From assembly GCA_039621445.1 (NCBI GenBank), contig CP154954.1, positions 18,524,642 through 18,588,641 of the forward strand: a stretch of DNA of 64,000 nucleotides, read 5' to 3'. Every line of letters begins with the position of its first letter. Position 1 is the stretch's first letter. Origin of the DNA: Euglena gracilis (lineage: Eukaryota). The notes under the pieces were generated by a model, which made no database searches, was not told the origin of the DNA, and was given only the letters and a program-made list of their open reading frames with translations. Below are positions 1-13,500 of the stretch, in pieces. The translations under genes and the position numbers were made by a program.

Positions 1-501
1 AGTTCAAGCGCATCCCCTAATGGAAGCCCCATGCCCAGGCACATGCCCATATTGCAGGTATGTGTTTCCACCAACGACCATTAAGTACATGATGTTCACT
101 TTTCGAGGCTTTCGCCGCCGCATCTCCACGTGGGCTTGCCGCACACCGGCCCCCCCTCCCCCGCCTCCAATCGAACCCAAGCACCCTCACCTCACCTCAC
201 CTCACCCTCCAAGCGGTCCCAAATATGCACATTTGTACTATTACTCGTTAGCCGATGAGAAATCCACAGGGTCCTCACACCACCTACCTCTGGCATACCA
301 TTCCAGACCGCCAACCATGCTTTTTTCAACAACAAAAAAACCTGAGGTGCCTTGTGCTATGGGATGCCTGCCCACAGCAGGCATCCCCCCACAGGATCCC
401 AATGCTTGCTGACCAAGCCAGATTTCCTTTTGGGCCTTTTGGGGGCCCAGTGCCGAAGGCGGGCGGTGTGCCATCGCGCTGCCCAAGGCCCACCTCACAA
501 C

Positions 502-968
502 CAGGGTTTGATATGAGGACAGGTGGGGGGGGGGTCCGGACCCCCCTGCGGGCCGGGAGGGGGGGGGGGGGGGGGGGGTGGGGGGGACACCCCCCCACCT
601 AAACAGTGGCGCGGTCCGGGTGACCGCGCCACTGACCGAATTTCGGACCAGGGACCGAATTTCGGCCCGGCGCTTTGCGCCGGGCCGGAAATTTTTGACC
701 CCCCCAAAACGACACAAAGTGCAATTTTGGGCACTTTTTGGTGCTAAAATTTGCCAAAATGAAAAAAAAAATTCGGCGCAAAGCGCCGGAGGAAAAAAAT
801 GACCCTTTTGGGGGGGGGCCGGTCCCCCCCCCCCCAGGGTTCAACCCGACCCCCCTGGGAAGGGGGGGGGGGTGGGCCGGGCCCCCCCCCCGCAGGCCAG
901 GAGGGGGGGGGGGGTGGGGGGTACACCCCCCACCTAAACCATGTACGCCCTCCTTTTATCAAACCCTG
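502..968. mobile_element. hAT-like MITE family A
   Basis: TIR CAGGGTTTGATA...TATCAAACCCTG; exact 8-bp TSD CTCACAAC (494-501, 969-976). Confidence 0.9.
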
Positions 969-1740
969 CTCACAACCCCACCCCACAACCCAACCCAACC
1001 CCCCCCCGGGGGTCAAAAGTGCCCCCCCCCTGGCCTGCCCACATCACCCCCCGGGGGAGGGTCGGGCGAACTTCCCTTTGCCTGGCCCTGACTCCCCCCG
1101 GGAGGGAGAAAAAGCCTACCTGCAAGGAGGGGGAAACTGTCCAGCATTCGGTTGCCAGGCATTTAAATTTTCGCAGTTTTGGATTTGTCTCGTTTCCTAT
1201 GCATTCTTTTGAAGTGCTGGTTTTTCGTACCCGTTTTTATGCAGTTTGCTCCTTCTGCTGCCAGTTCAGGAAACCTCTCCCCCCCCCTGCCAAAAACAGC
1301 CTGCCTGGGAGGCCTTAATCGCGGAGGTGGAAGGGGGCAGCTCAGGGAAAGCAGGCTTCTTTAAAAGAGTGCATCATGAGTGTGCTATGGACAGGTAGGC
1401 AGGAGAAGGACCATCGGATGCGCTATGGACGGGCTCGCATTTTCGGTGTCATATTTTCCGCCATAGCATTCTCATCAAAACAACAATGTCCCCGGCCCCA
1501 TCGGCTCATGCCCCGGAATGGCTTGGCTGCAGAATGGGGAACTGTTGGACCTTGACCAGCCCAAAAATTACTCAAAAGGTTGCACAACATTGCGAAGGAA
1601 AAGACATATCCCAGCCCCCCCCCCACCTCCCCCCAACGAACTGCAGTGGCACACTGATAGTCGTTGTTACTGTCCCATTGAGGCATGCTACGCCAGGGGG
1701 GGGGGGGCAATACAATGCAGTGTCAGGCCCTTGGCCTCGG

Positions 1741-4700
1741 TCAAGAGGTCAGCCAGACCCAGGGATGTGTGAGAAGCCCAGAGGAGGGGGGGGGGGTCAG
1801 ACCAACCTTCAAACGCAGGAAGGGGGCGGGGGGGGGGGGGGGCCTCCCCATTCGACAAGGAAATTGTTTCGGCTGGCTTGTCCGACTGCTTTGAGTTCCT
1901 GAAAACAACCGCTCATTCCAATGCTTTCCACACCACATTTTCCATTGAAATATCAATATCCCCAATCAGGGTGTTCCTTAACGACCTTGGGGGGGGGGGT
2001 TCAGCTCAGAGGCTAGAAAATTTGAACTGGCTGGACACCCCTCCCCATGGGTTCGGGGCTAGAACTAGACCAGGCTCCTTTTGAAGACCCCTGGAGTGGG
2101 TAGACAAAAAAATCACAAAATGTGCGTTCAAAATGAAAGAATGCAAGGCACGTGGAAAAACACGAGCATGTCCCGCTTTGCATGTAAAAAGATGCATTTA
2201 TAGGGGGTTTTTTTTGACATCTCCAGCACACAGGGTCCCAAAGAAAACTTGCAGCTGGTCTTCCCAATATCCGGGGGTCTGAACCAACCCCCACCTTGCC
2301 CTCCGAGAAGGGGAGTCAGGAACACGTTCTGGCATCCCTGGCTGGACAACACGCTGCGGACCGTCGCAGGCGTCCTCTGGCCCAGCCAGGAAATCGAAGG
2401 TGGGGTGGGGCCAGAATCAACTGACCACAAATAAACCCCTCCATGGAGGGCTTTTGATGTGGCAAACAGGGCGTTGTTTAATGGCCCCCCTCCCAGGGGG
2501 GTCCAACTCAGAGGCTGTAAAATTTGGGCGGCTGGAAAAAGGTTGCTGGCTGACTCCCCCCCCCTCCCAGCTGGCTCTGCGAGGGTCGAAAATCAAACTC
2601 GCCTGCCCCCTTTCCCAATCTAAAAATTACACAAACAGAGGCGTTACTCCTTCTATTGCAAAACTAAGTGGTCCACGCCCCCTCCCGGGACAATATTTTC
2701 TCCTGGACTGAGCAACCAACCCCAATTGCTCCCCGACTCCGAATGCAGCCATTGCTTTTGATTCCAGGCACCACCCCTCCCCCCTCTTGCCCCCCCGTCT
2801 GCTCCCTGCCCTCCAGCGATGTCTACGCACACCCGTGGTCATCCCCACCGCTCGCACGTCCCCGACCAGCGACCGTTCCGGCTGTGGGCCCAGTCGGGAA
2901 AAATAAACCACTTGGAGGGTGGGAGTTGGGTCCCCGCATCCAAAAGAGCTTTCTTTGTTGGCTGGCAGGTGTTTTCTTTTAATTCCGCCCCCCGACAAAA
3001 AGCAATGTAAAAATGGCTGTGGCTTTCCCTACCCCGCCCCCCCCCTGGGGCCCGCCAGTTTACCCCTATGAAGGAGCACGAAAATACAAAAAAGCAAACA
3101 CCATCCAAAATGGGCTGTTAGCCAACTTTTTTTAAGCTTTGTGGGGATGTTGCAAAAACCATTTGTTCTGCTTGGCCTGTCTTTTCCCTCCTTTTTTTAT
3201 TGCACTTTGCGCCCGAAATAATTCCCCACTATGAGCGCACGGGGACCGTATAGCTTCAGTTGAAAAGGCGCTCATTGGGGTTCGTGGTAGTCCTTCTGCA
3301 ACCTGATCAGGTTGTGGCTAAAGATCCCGCCTGGCGTGCACCACTGAGGTTGGGTAGGCGTCCCATCCCTCTGCCGGTGATTCTGACCAGCCCCGTATCC
3401 CAGGGTGACGACCCCCGCGCATAGCTGGTTGGGTCCCTCCGTTCGTGGGGCCAGCCCAGCCAATTGCCGCTATCCCCCCTGATGGACCCCCCGTTCAGTG
3501 CCAGTGTTAACTTTCTTTCATTTCCAGAGAGGCGTGCTGAACAACCCCGGTTGCCATTTTAAACGCGTTGTGCGTTCCCGTGCCCCCACCCTCCCGACAC
3601 TTTTCCTCGGGGTGGTCCTCCGGACTCTGCCCCCCCCACCTTAGTTGCACAAGGTGCTTCTGTCTGTTTTAAACCGGCGCCAACTCGCTTTGGCCCCCTT
3701 GCCTGTGGTGGTGAGTGGCCAGGGACCCCTTACAACCCAGTGGCTTTTGTTGGTCCCCGCTGGCCAGGTGAGCTACACTGTGGTGTAATTTTCCAGCGCT
3801 GTAGAGTGAGGGGACATACACTCACCTTGTGGTTGGGGTGCGTTCCCGTGGGTAGAGATGTCTCACCCCCCCCGGGAGGGGGGTCCGACCGAAGGAAAAG
3901 TCGGGGGGCCCAGGGCCACAGCTGGCTGGGGCCAAAGGATCGTTGGTGCGAACGCGCCCTCGAGAGATCCAAGAGAACCCCCCAAAGCAAAACCGTGGGG
4001 CCGTGGGGGGGGGCGCCTGTGTCGAATGGGGCCAGAGCACCTCCGAAGGAATACTGGGTTGTGTGCACCGTGGGGCACGCCTCCGTCGGCCCGGGGAGAG
4101 TCGGCAGGCCCCGCGGGCCCGCGTGAAGCGGGTGTGCGGCAGAAGTCACACGGGGCACCTGAAACAAGAAATGCCGGGGCAGGGGGGGGGGGCTCGTTGT
4201 GGCGACCTTCCCACTTCTGAACCGTGGAAAGGAAATAACAAGGAAGCTGAGCCTGAGGGAGGTGTGGTCGGATGGTCCAATGGGCCAAACATGAGAAACC
4301 CAAACGGCGGAGAGGTGAATCCTTACTGGACAAAGGGGCGATGGGCTTTTTTGGCTCGTTGAGGGGTGTCCCGCCACATCTTGGAAGAACGCCGGCATGG
4401 CGGGCGTGTTGGACCTGGCTTGGAGATGGGGGCCGGCGGGCCACGACCTAGTCGAACATATCTATCAGGGCCGCCTGAGCCTGAGGGGGTCGAGGGCTGA
4501 GGCTGAGAGTGGAGACGGCTGGGACGTTTGGGGACTGGCGGGGCCGGCCAGGTCAACGGCCATAAACCTCACCTTAGTGATGCCGGGGGGGGGCGGGGAG
4601 CTAGTGGCCAAGTGGGGGTTTGGCGGTCGGTCATCCCACCCCCACCCCACCAAATCCACCCAACCTCCTCCAAAAAAAAAAAGCGGGCAAAATCCAGGCC

Positions 4701-6518
4701 CAACAACCTGGAGACATTCTTCTTGGCCCAGCCTCGGCCTTCGTGAGTGCCGGCTAACCATTGAGACTCACCACTCTCTGGCGGGGGGGGGGTCCCAAAC
4801 CCATCCTCTATGGCGCATCGGCACCGGGTCCGGAAACTCAGGGATCTGGGGCGGACTTCGGGGCACGGGGGGACACGGTGAAGTGAGAAGGTGGATTATG
4901 GCCACCACACAGAAGTCCAAAGGAAGACGGAAATCCCCGCAGAGAGAGGCGCGGGAACACACACCCGTGGCGGGGAGTCCCACCCCAAGTGTTGACCCAG
5001 GAGTGTCGCAGGGTGAACAGGGCGGCGAATCTACCAGCCGGGTGTGCCCTATCAGTATGTCAACCCAGGGTGTGCGGTGTAGTGCCGGCGAGTGTTGTGG
5101 ACGGGTGAAGCTTTTGGGAGTTGGTGTTTGGTGGTGTGTTGGTGTGTGTGTGTCGTGGTGGTTGGGTGTGTTGTGTGTGTGTGTGTGGGTGTGTGTGTGT
5201 GTGGTGTTTGTGTTGTGGTGTTGTGGTGCTTTGTGTGTGTGTGTGTGTTGTGTGGGAGTGTGTGTGTGGTGTGTGTGTGAGTGTGGTGTGGTGGTGTTGT
5301 GTGTGTTGTGTGTGTGTGTGTGGGTGTGGGCTGTGTGTGGTGTGGGTGTGTGCTGTGCGTGTGCTGTGTGCCGGTGGTGCGTTGCGTGTGTGGTGTGCTG
5401 TGTGCCGTGCGCTGGTGCCGTGTGGCGTGGTGCGTGTGAGCTGTGGGTGCGTGCGTGTGGTGGGCGTGTGCGTGTGCTTGTGCTGTGCGTGTGCTGTGGT
5501 GTTGTGCGTGTGCGTGTGCGTTGTGCGTGTGCGTTGTGCGTGTGCTGTGTGTGGTGTGCGTGGTCGGTGGCGTGTGTGCGTGTGGTGTGCGTGGAGTGGT
5601 GTTGCGTGTGCGTGTGCGTGTGCGTGTGCGTGTGCGTGTGCGTGTGCTGTGTGCGTGGTGCGTGTGGTGCGTGTGCGTGTGGTGTGCGTGTGCGTGTGGT
5701 GGTGGTGTCGAGTGGCGTGGCGGTGGTGTGCGTGTGCGTGTGCGTGGTGCGTGTGTGTTGCGTGCGTGGTGTGCGTGGGCGCGTGCGTGCGTGTGTCGGT
5801 GCTGCGTGTGCGCGTGTGTGCGTGCGTGGGGTGTCGTTGCGTGTGCGGTGCGTGGGGTGGTTGGGGGTGCGTGTGCGGCGTGTGCGCGTGTGTGCGTGTG
5901 CGTGTGCGTGTGCGTTGTGCGTGTGCGTTGTGGTGTGCGTGTGCGTGTGGTGTGCGTGTGAGTGGGCGTGTGAGTGTGCGTGTGCGTGTGCGTGTGAGTG
6001 TGGGTGCGTGGTGAGTGTGCGTGTGAGTGTGTGTTGGGCGTGTGAGTGTGCGTGTGCGTTTGAGTGGTGAGTGTGTGGTGTGCGGTGTGAGTGTGGTGTG
6101 AGTGTGAGGTGGTGTGAGTGAGCGTGTGGTGTGAGTGTGAGTGTGGGGGGGTGTGTGGGTGTGTGTGTGTTTGGTGTGGTGTGTGTGTTGTGTGTGTGTG
6201 TGTGTTGTGTGTGTGAAGGTTGGGTGTGTGTGTGTGTGGGTGGTGTGTGGTGTGTGTGGGTGTTGTGTTGTGTTGTGTTGTGTGTGTGTGTGGTGTGTGT
6301 GTGTGGTGTGTTGTGTTGTGTGTGGTTTGTGTTGTGTGGGTGTGGTGTTGTGTGTGTGTGTGGTGTGTGTGTGTGTGTGTGCGCCGCGAGGCGCGCGTGC
6401 GTGCGTGCGTGCGTGCGTGCGTGGGGGCGTGCGTGCGTTGAGTGCGTGAGTGCGTGAGTGCGTGCGTGCGTGCGTGAGTGCGTGCGGTGCGTGCGTGCGT
6501 GCGTGCGTGCGTGCGTGG

Positions 6519-6558
<40 letters not shown>

Positions 6559-9500
6559 TGGTGCGTGGGTGGGTGGGTGGGTGGGTGGGTGGGTGGGTGG
6601 GTGGGGGGGTTTGGTGGGGGGGTGTGTTGTGACGTGTGGTGAATGTGTCTGGATGCCCCCCCGGGTGCGTGCAGTGTGGGCAGGTCTGGTTGGGTGTCAG
6701 GGGTTGCCACTGGTAACTTGGCATTATGTGGAAGGGTTTGACGTCCAGGGGGTGGGGGGCAAGAGCAAGGTGGGGGATGGTAAATGACAACGGACCGACT
6801 GTTGCGGACTACTCCATTTTTGGAACTGTGTTCCTCGCCGGGTTTCCTCGTAAAGAGGACGGTCCTTAAGCAAAACAAATTTGCGTTCTGGGACATTCAA
6901 TCCCAAATCCACCGGAAAATCTTCAAAAAAAGGCCATTTTTGGCAAAAACAGACTGACAGAGGGGGTGGGGATCTGGCATCCTTGAACCATATCCTGTCC
7001 ACCCAAAGCAAGGAAAAAAATGCATTTTCAACTTTTTGAATTTGGCTCCATTCGACACCTGGACCAGCCGCTGGTTGGTCCTCGGGCATGAGGGCGGTCC
7101 TTAAAGGGCGGCGATCCTTTACAAAAAAAAGGACCGCCCTGCTCGTCAGGGGTGGTGGTTTATCGCTGTTGTTTTGATGATGCCAGGGTGGAAGGAGGGA
7201 ATTTTATTTTACGGAAATGTTTCTCCCATAAAATTACCCTCCCCCAGAAGTTGACAAGTCAGCAAGTACGCGCTTAGGAGACAATGTCCCAATTCCCAAG
7301 GACAAGGGAAGCTACAAACTAAGGTTCGTTTCAGGAAACGTCTAGGCTTTTTTTTGGGTGGGTCTTATTTTGAAACATTTTTGACCAATGACAAGAAAAA
7401 AAACTGTCGTTTTTGTCATTTTTGTCATTTTTGGTTCCCAAAGGCAGGTGTAAGTTGGTATAGGTTGAGATTTTGCAAACTCCAAAAATATTTCTTCACA
7501 AAGGTTATGTTAATGACCATCCTGAAAAAAAAACATTTTGACCAATTTTGACAGAATTTGTCAAAAATAGAAAAATTTGAGGTATTATGGGAAAATTTGG
7601 AGTCAGGTGTTGACCAACAAATTTATGACACATCGGCCTGCCAACGAAAGCAGATCCTTTCGGAACCCAAGGGACTCTTAGTGAGTGCCTCCAAACGGAG
7701 AAGGAAAGGGCCACGCGGCGACGTGGGGGGACGGCAGGGGAGGTTCAGGCACGCCGCGTCTGGATCGGTTGGGCGGCGGAACGAGGCTGGCCGGGCTGAC
7801 GCCCACCCCCAACACCGAACCCACCTCTCGGCCACGGCGTGAGGGTTGGACGCCCGCTGCCGAAACGGCCCCGCCCCTGATGGAGGTATTCCAGGCAGGC
7901 TGAATTGAACCAACCTGGGGGGTCGGAGCACCCTGGAGTTCCTAGGCAGGCAGGTCCACCCCGGGGTGTAATACCTCCCCAGGAAGTGACTGGGTGACTG
8001 TGGGGGGGGGGGGATCGGTGACTGGTAAAAAAAAGGACCACAAAATGGGCTTTTTCTGGGGTTCCAGCGCTGAAGACACCAAAGGTGCCTGAGCCCAGTG
8101 CCCACAGGCACTTTTGGCCGTGCCCTATTACCAACTGGGGGGGGGGCTGCTTGGGCAGACAGGAACTCCACAACACCCAGACGACCAAACATTCATTTAG
8201 TGTGGTTCACGACGTGTGAACCACAAAAAAAAATTTGGTGTCCACAGGTAACGAACGCAGGAGACTTGCCTTGTGAAAACATTCGGGCAGCGACCACTGG
8301 CCATTGTCTTCCCGCTTTTTTCACTTTGTCCAGCATGATGGCCCGTGCTGTGGCAAGCTGCCATGCCACCCCAAAGTGGTCCCTGGAGGCGTTTGCAAAA
8401 AACTTGATCACCACCGGGGCATGTTTCGAGCCATAGCACAAGGCACCCCATTGGACTTCTGCAGCTCAAGCAGTCAAGCAGCACGAAGTTTTTTGCTGGG
8501 CCATCCACAAAACGGTCCCAAACAAAATCCTTGCCTGGGGAATCACTGCGGGCGAAAGGGGGATCAAAGAAACAGACAGAGCTGAATCCGCCTGTGCCAA
8601 CATGGTTTGTGCACAAATATGATATGCTCCATTCTCATGTGTTCCGACAGTGCGAGTCCTGTATTGAGTAGTTGGCATCGCAAGCACATTCCTTTTTTCC
8701 CAGCAACTGAAACCTTTGGATGCTGCCGAAAATAGATGACAAATCGAACACCACACTCCAATCTTTGGATCATAATTCAACAAATCTCAGTTATTTGGCC
8801 ATGTGGGTCAAAACTTATGCCGATTTCTTTTTCGATGTGGTAAAGAGATTTTGTTTTTCTTTGGAGAAGGGGAGTCTCCAGATGAGCTGGAAGAGCAACC
8901 GAGTGGGGACTTAAAGGCTGCACTCTCCGCTTTCTCCGGCTCCTCCCAAGGACGCCGTTGGGCAAACAATGTTCAAAGAAGCTTGCTTCATTGCTGTTGA
9001 GGAGAAAGATAATAATGCAAATGCCAGCAGGTGGTGGAAAAAAATTCGTGTCTACCTGTGAACCACAAATATTTTTTGTGTCCACGGGTGAATTACGAAA
9101 AAATTTGGTCCACAAAATTTTGGGGGTGTACCAAAAGGTGTCCATACGTGAACCACAAAAAAATTTTGGTGTCCACAGTGAACCACAAAATGACACCCTT
9201 GGTGTACCACACTAAATGAATGTCTGGACCCACACCCCCGAAAATAATAAAACTGGAACTGATAATAAAAAAACAGCTGATAACAAAAAACGCAGAAGGA
9301 TCAATTAATTTCAAGAACCGAACCGCAGCTCATGAAGCACCACACTGACACAATAAACTCTTACCTTGCAATCCTCTCACACATCAGCCTCCATCAAGAG
9401 CATTCCCTCCTCCCTTTGAATGCCAATAAGGTCCCGGACCATTGCTTGAGTGTGGTGGGCTTGCAAGACGGAGAGCGGGAGCAGGCCAGAGGGGGTGGTG

Positions 9501-10058
9501 TGTCCAACCGATGCGATGGGGGGGGGGGGGGCAACAGTGAGAAAGAGTAAATCCGTATCGAAATCACGGTCACGTGTATTCCAGCACCATAGATCAGGTG
9601 TTTTTGAATCACTTTCGAATTTTTTTGAATCACGGCAGGGGCACCCGCACCATAGAAGCAGCCATCCAATACAAGCACACTGGAAACATTGATCAAATCA
9701 ACCTTGCCGGCCCAACAACCTGAGGCGGCAATCTACCCATGCTTTGGGTGCAGGGAGGGGAATGGTTCCAAGATGGGTGGGTCAGGGGCTCAAAATGTTC
9801 GTTGGGAGAAGGGAACACTTCCCTAACCTGAGGTGGTTTCCACCCCAGGTTACCCCACCACCCCTTCCCGGGGGGTGGGAAGGCCTGGTGGTGGGGGGGT
9901 GGGGGTTCGACCCCCCCACCACCACCCAGGTCCCAGAGGGGAGGAGATGCCTGGCCCTATGGCCTGGGAGCGGTCCGGGCTGCTTCGGAGCCGTGCAGCT
10001 GCAGCCACAGGTCGGACTTGCCGGGGAGCTGCTGCATGAGGCTGAACGGTGTGGCCAT
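1741..10058 (-). CDS. Unknown Pro/Ser-rich protein gene, paralog B (exons approx. 10058-9963, 9487-9431, ~7900-7700, ~4560-4333, 4158-3825, 2420-2344, 1754-1741)
   Basis: MATPFSLMQQLPGKSDLWLQLHGSEAARTAPR starts 26 nt after ccccccacag; GT-AG borders around 4158-3825; ends ...PQRVVRLTS*. It has a 1-nt indel versus paralog A in the 2420-2344 exon. Confidence 0.55.
1755..2343 (-). other. Nonconventional intron, 589 nt, present only in paralog B
   Basis: C|AGC CAGGGATG ... CATCCCTG GGTCT|G. Removing it gives a gap-free match to the uninterrupted exon at 40580-40610. Confidence 0.8.
5121..6603. repeat. Compound (GT)n/(GTGTGC)n/(GCGT)n/(GGGT)n microsatellite
   Basis: Directly visible. Confidence 0.95.
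7934..8170. mobile_element. MITE (TGGAGTTCCT...AGGAACTCCA)
   Basis: 10-bp TIR; degenerate 8-bp TSD GAGCACCC/CAACACCC. Confidence 0.6.
8189..9223. mobile_element. Non-autonomous DNA transposon, ~1 kb
   Basis: 18-bp perfect TIR ACATTCATTTAGTGTGGT; subterminal GTGAACCACAAA/TGTCCAC repeats; no clear TSD. Confidence 0.7.
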
Positions 10059-12428
10059 GTTGGGCGAGGGCAAGCCGGAGAACCCTGTGGGGGGGGGGGG
10101 GATGGGGCAGCCTACTACATACCAGACCACACATCCTTTACCGACCCCGGGGGCTCACTTCCACCCTTCCCAATCAGTCACTGGTGGGGGCCACTCCCAC
10201 AAACGCAGAAAAAAAAGAACGGCCAAAAGAATCGGCTCCTTTGGCGCCAGGTCACTTTAGTTGTTTTTTTTGCCAAGGAGGAGGGGGTTTAGGGAACTTC
10301 AGCCTTTTGGGGGGCTTCGAAGATCCTGCATTTCCATCAACTGCAGTCAAACATCAATTCCACAGAAAAGTATTTTGTGTGCCTCCTAGCTTCCCTTGAA
10401 ATGTGCACACTTCACCTGAAATGCATGATTTCTTATGAAAAATGTCCCAATTTCTTTCATGTTTTGTCCTGAGGTGGTGCTCAGAGGCGGCTGTGCACTC
10501 GAGCATCAAAATCAGACGTGTGGCTTATCTCATTCCTTGGTCCTTTTGGTTTGAATCTTTCCTGATCCACTGAATGATTTCTGTGACTTTTTTCTCCCAA
10601 AATGTTCAGGAGCGGTGCTTTTAAAGAGGTCCAGGAAAATTTCCAGCTCTGTGGCCAGTCAAAAGGCTGGATACCAAGTCAAAGTTGTTGGGAAATCCCT
10701 GAAATTCTTTGAAAATCCAAAGATGCTCAGTTTAAATAAGTCCCACCAAAAAAAAAAGGCCCAGGCCTTATTCTTGTGCCCATTGCTGGAAACTTCCAGG
10801 AGGGGGGGGAGGGTATTTTGGGGAGTTATTTTTTGGATTCTTTCTTGATCGACCTAGGCCCGAAAAAAAACATCATTTTCCAGGTTCCTAAAATACCAAA
10901 ACTCTATCTTTGGACCTTTGCGTCATTTGTAAATTGGCACCATTTGACATTTACCATGGTGTTTTGCGACTGAAAAATTCTTAAGGTTTGGGAAATCACA
11001 TCTGTCTGAAATTGAGGATTTAGGTAAATTTTCAGGGAAAACTTTCACCGTCTCAGGCACCAGGGGACCTGGAAGGGGGGGGGGGCTCTTATTTTGGGGG
11101 GTTCATTTGGGGGGGGGGGGGACCTCAACCCCAAAGGCCCAGCACACCATGGCCATCGAAGCCCATCACACGCACGCCACAGGGTCAGGGGCAGCATCGC
11201 TGTGAGGCGGTGCGTCGGAAGCTGTACCCGACTGGCGGGCCGACTCGTACGACGGGGTGGAGGGGCACGGAGGGGGGGCAGAGACCACCTTGTCTGGGCG
11301 GTAGCCATCCGGTGGGCGGGACCTTCCACCTCTTCTCAGCCCAGCACCAACTCAGTTTCTCCCCTTTGCCCGAATCGCACCTACCCCAAGCAACATCCCC
11401 CACCCAGGGACCCGACTTTCAACATGTTATCCATTCTTTCACTGACCGCCGCAGAGAAAACGAGTTATCCTAAGAACAGGAACCATATTTTTTGTGCAAA
11501 TGTTATGCGGTTTGCACCGTGTTGCACGTTTCTGAGACAAAAAACTGCACCTGCCATGGATTTTAATACCTCCCCCCTCCTGGGGCGCTTGGCCCGGGCC
11601 AAGCTCGAACCAAAGCGAAGGTAAGGCCCATGGTTGCCAAGTTTCATTGTTAAGAAGTTTGGCGGCCATGAAGAATGAAGGCCAACTTTGCAGCTTTGGG
11701 GAGCCAAGTTTGCATGTAAGGAGGAGGGGGGCCAAGCGCCGGGGGGCGGGGGAGGTGGAGGAACTGTTCAAGATAGATGCAACACATTCCGTGACCAAAG
11801 TTTTGCATCCAAAACAAACAGACAAAATGCTTTGCCAAATAATACCCCCTCCCAGATGGGGGTATCATCATCCCTTGGCAGAGGGGGAATATCATTTGGG
11901 GGCTTATTTTTTTCAATAAAATTAGATGGTCACGGTTTGGGTACGTACACATCCAAATACACATATGCACCAATATACACCACCTCAAAACCACTTCAAC
12001 CACTCGACCACCCGACCACCTCAAAACGGCAGCGGACGAGGGCTGTCAACTGTGGCCTCGCAGCAGTCCCCAGAAGGTCGCTCCCCAGAAGAGGCCAGCC
12101 CCAACCCAAAGCACCCCGTTCCACTTGGTGCAAAGAGGCTGGAGGAAGGGAGGACGACGTGGGGTGCCGCAGGGCGGAGGCCAGGGTACAGTCCCGAGGG
12201 GGAAGACCCGGTACAAATATGCAGGTTGCTGGATATGGGGATGGTGGGCGTCAGTGGTGCCGAGCCATGAGGGCCCAGAAACCTGCTTCATTTCAGTGCA
12301 AAGCCATTCACAAGTTTGCACAAAGGCATGGGATGGACGCATTTTGACAGGACCACGGGTTTTTTTAGGACCCCCCAGAAAAAAAGGTGCCGGGCGAACA
12401 CCCCCCCCCAGGGGTGGTGGGTCCAGGG

Positions 12429-12819
12429 CAGGGTTCGATATAAGGACAGGTGGGGGGGGGGTCCGGACCCCCTGCGGGCCAGGAGGGGGGGGGGGGGTGG
12501 GGGGGACACCCCCCCCCACCTAAACAGTGGCGCGGTCAGGGTGACCGAAAATTTTTGACCCCCCAAAACGACCAAAAGTGCCATTTTGGGCACTTTTTGG
12601 GCAAAAATTTGCCAGAAATGCAAAAAAAATTATCGGCGCAAAGCGCCAGAGGAAAAAGTTGACCCTTTTGGGGGGGGGGGTCCCGGGTACCCCCTCAGGG
12701 TCGGTCCGGACCCCCCGGGCAGGTGGGGGGGGGGGGGGTCCGGACCCCCCCCAGCGGGCCAGGAGGGGGGGGGGACACCCCCACCTAAACCATGTACGCC
12801 CTCCTTATATCAAACCCTG
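12429..12819. mobile_element. hAT-like MITE family A
   Basis: Same TIRs; 8-bp TSD GTCCAGGG. Confidence 0.9.
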
Positions 12820-13249
12820 GTCCAGGGGGGGGGGAGGTGCGACCGGCTGGGAGCTGGAGCCGGCGGGTACCCAAAAAAGGCCCAAATTCAGTAGGGTTGC
12901 CATTTGTCAGCCAAAATTTGGAGGTGAAAACCCAACAACCACCAAAAAAATGCCATTTTTGATAATTTTTGACCCCTTTTTCAAAAACTTTCAGTACTTT
13001 GCACCGAAAATTTTTTCGGTCTAGCCTGGCTTTGCTGGGCTGGCCCGGACGTTATTTCAGCAGACCCCTGGGGGCAGCCAGTAGGGAGGTGCTGGCTGGA
13101 AAAAAAAGGTGCTGGGTGGCTGCCCTCCCCCCGGGGGGGGGAAGGATCCCCTCAGGCTTGGGAAAAATCCTGGACGCACGACTCTGTCGTTTGCAGGTAG
13201 AGCCCTGAGCTTGTGGGGACACGCTCGTCGCTTTTCTTCCGGCCACATG

Positions 13250-13500
13250 TATGTGTAAACATACATGTATACATGTATGCTTTTATGTGTATCCATGTGC
13301 AAAAACATGTAATCATTTATATGCATATACCAAAAAAAAAAAACGTGTGCATTTTTATGTATATGAATGGGATATATACATATATACCATATATATAGAT
13401 ATATATATATATATATATCCCATATATAGATATATATATAGATATAATACATACATATGTATGCATTGCAATATTGTATTGCAATGCATACATATGTATA
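13250..13500. repeat. (AT)n-rich tract with a 23-bp-arm hairpin at 13451-13499; duplicate ~19565-19820
   Basis: ATACATATGTATGCATTGCAATA-ttg-TATTGCAATGCATACATATGTAT. Confidence 0.85.

Noticed and set aside
1-150. Possible minus-strand ORF start (MRRRKPRKVNIMYL...)
   Set aside because: Short, stops in frame near the window edge, no recognisable homology.
4397-6896. Long ORFs of 557-614 aa
   Set aside because: Translations of the GT/CA microsatellite (Cys-Val or His-Thr runs), not coding.
8600-8780. pogo-like transposase remnant (YDMLHSH ... SNTTLQSLD)
   Set aside because: Weak resemblance, spacing too long and interrupted by stops; needs an HMM search.
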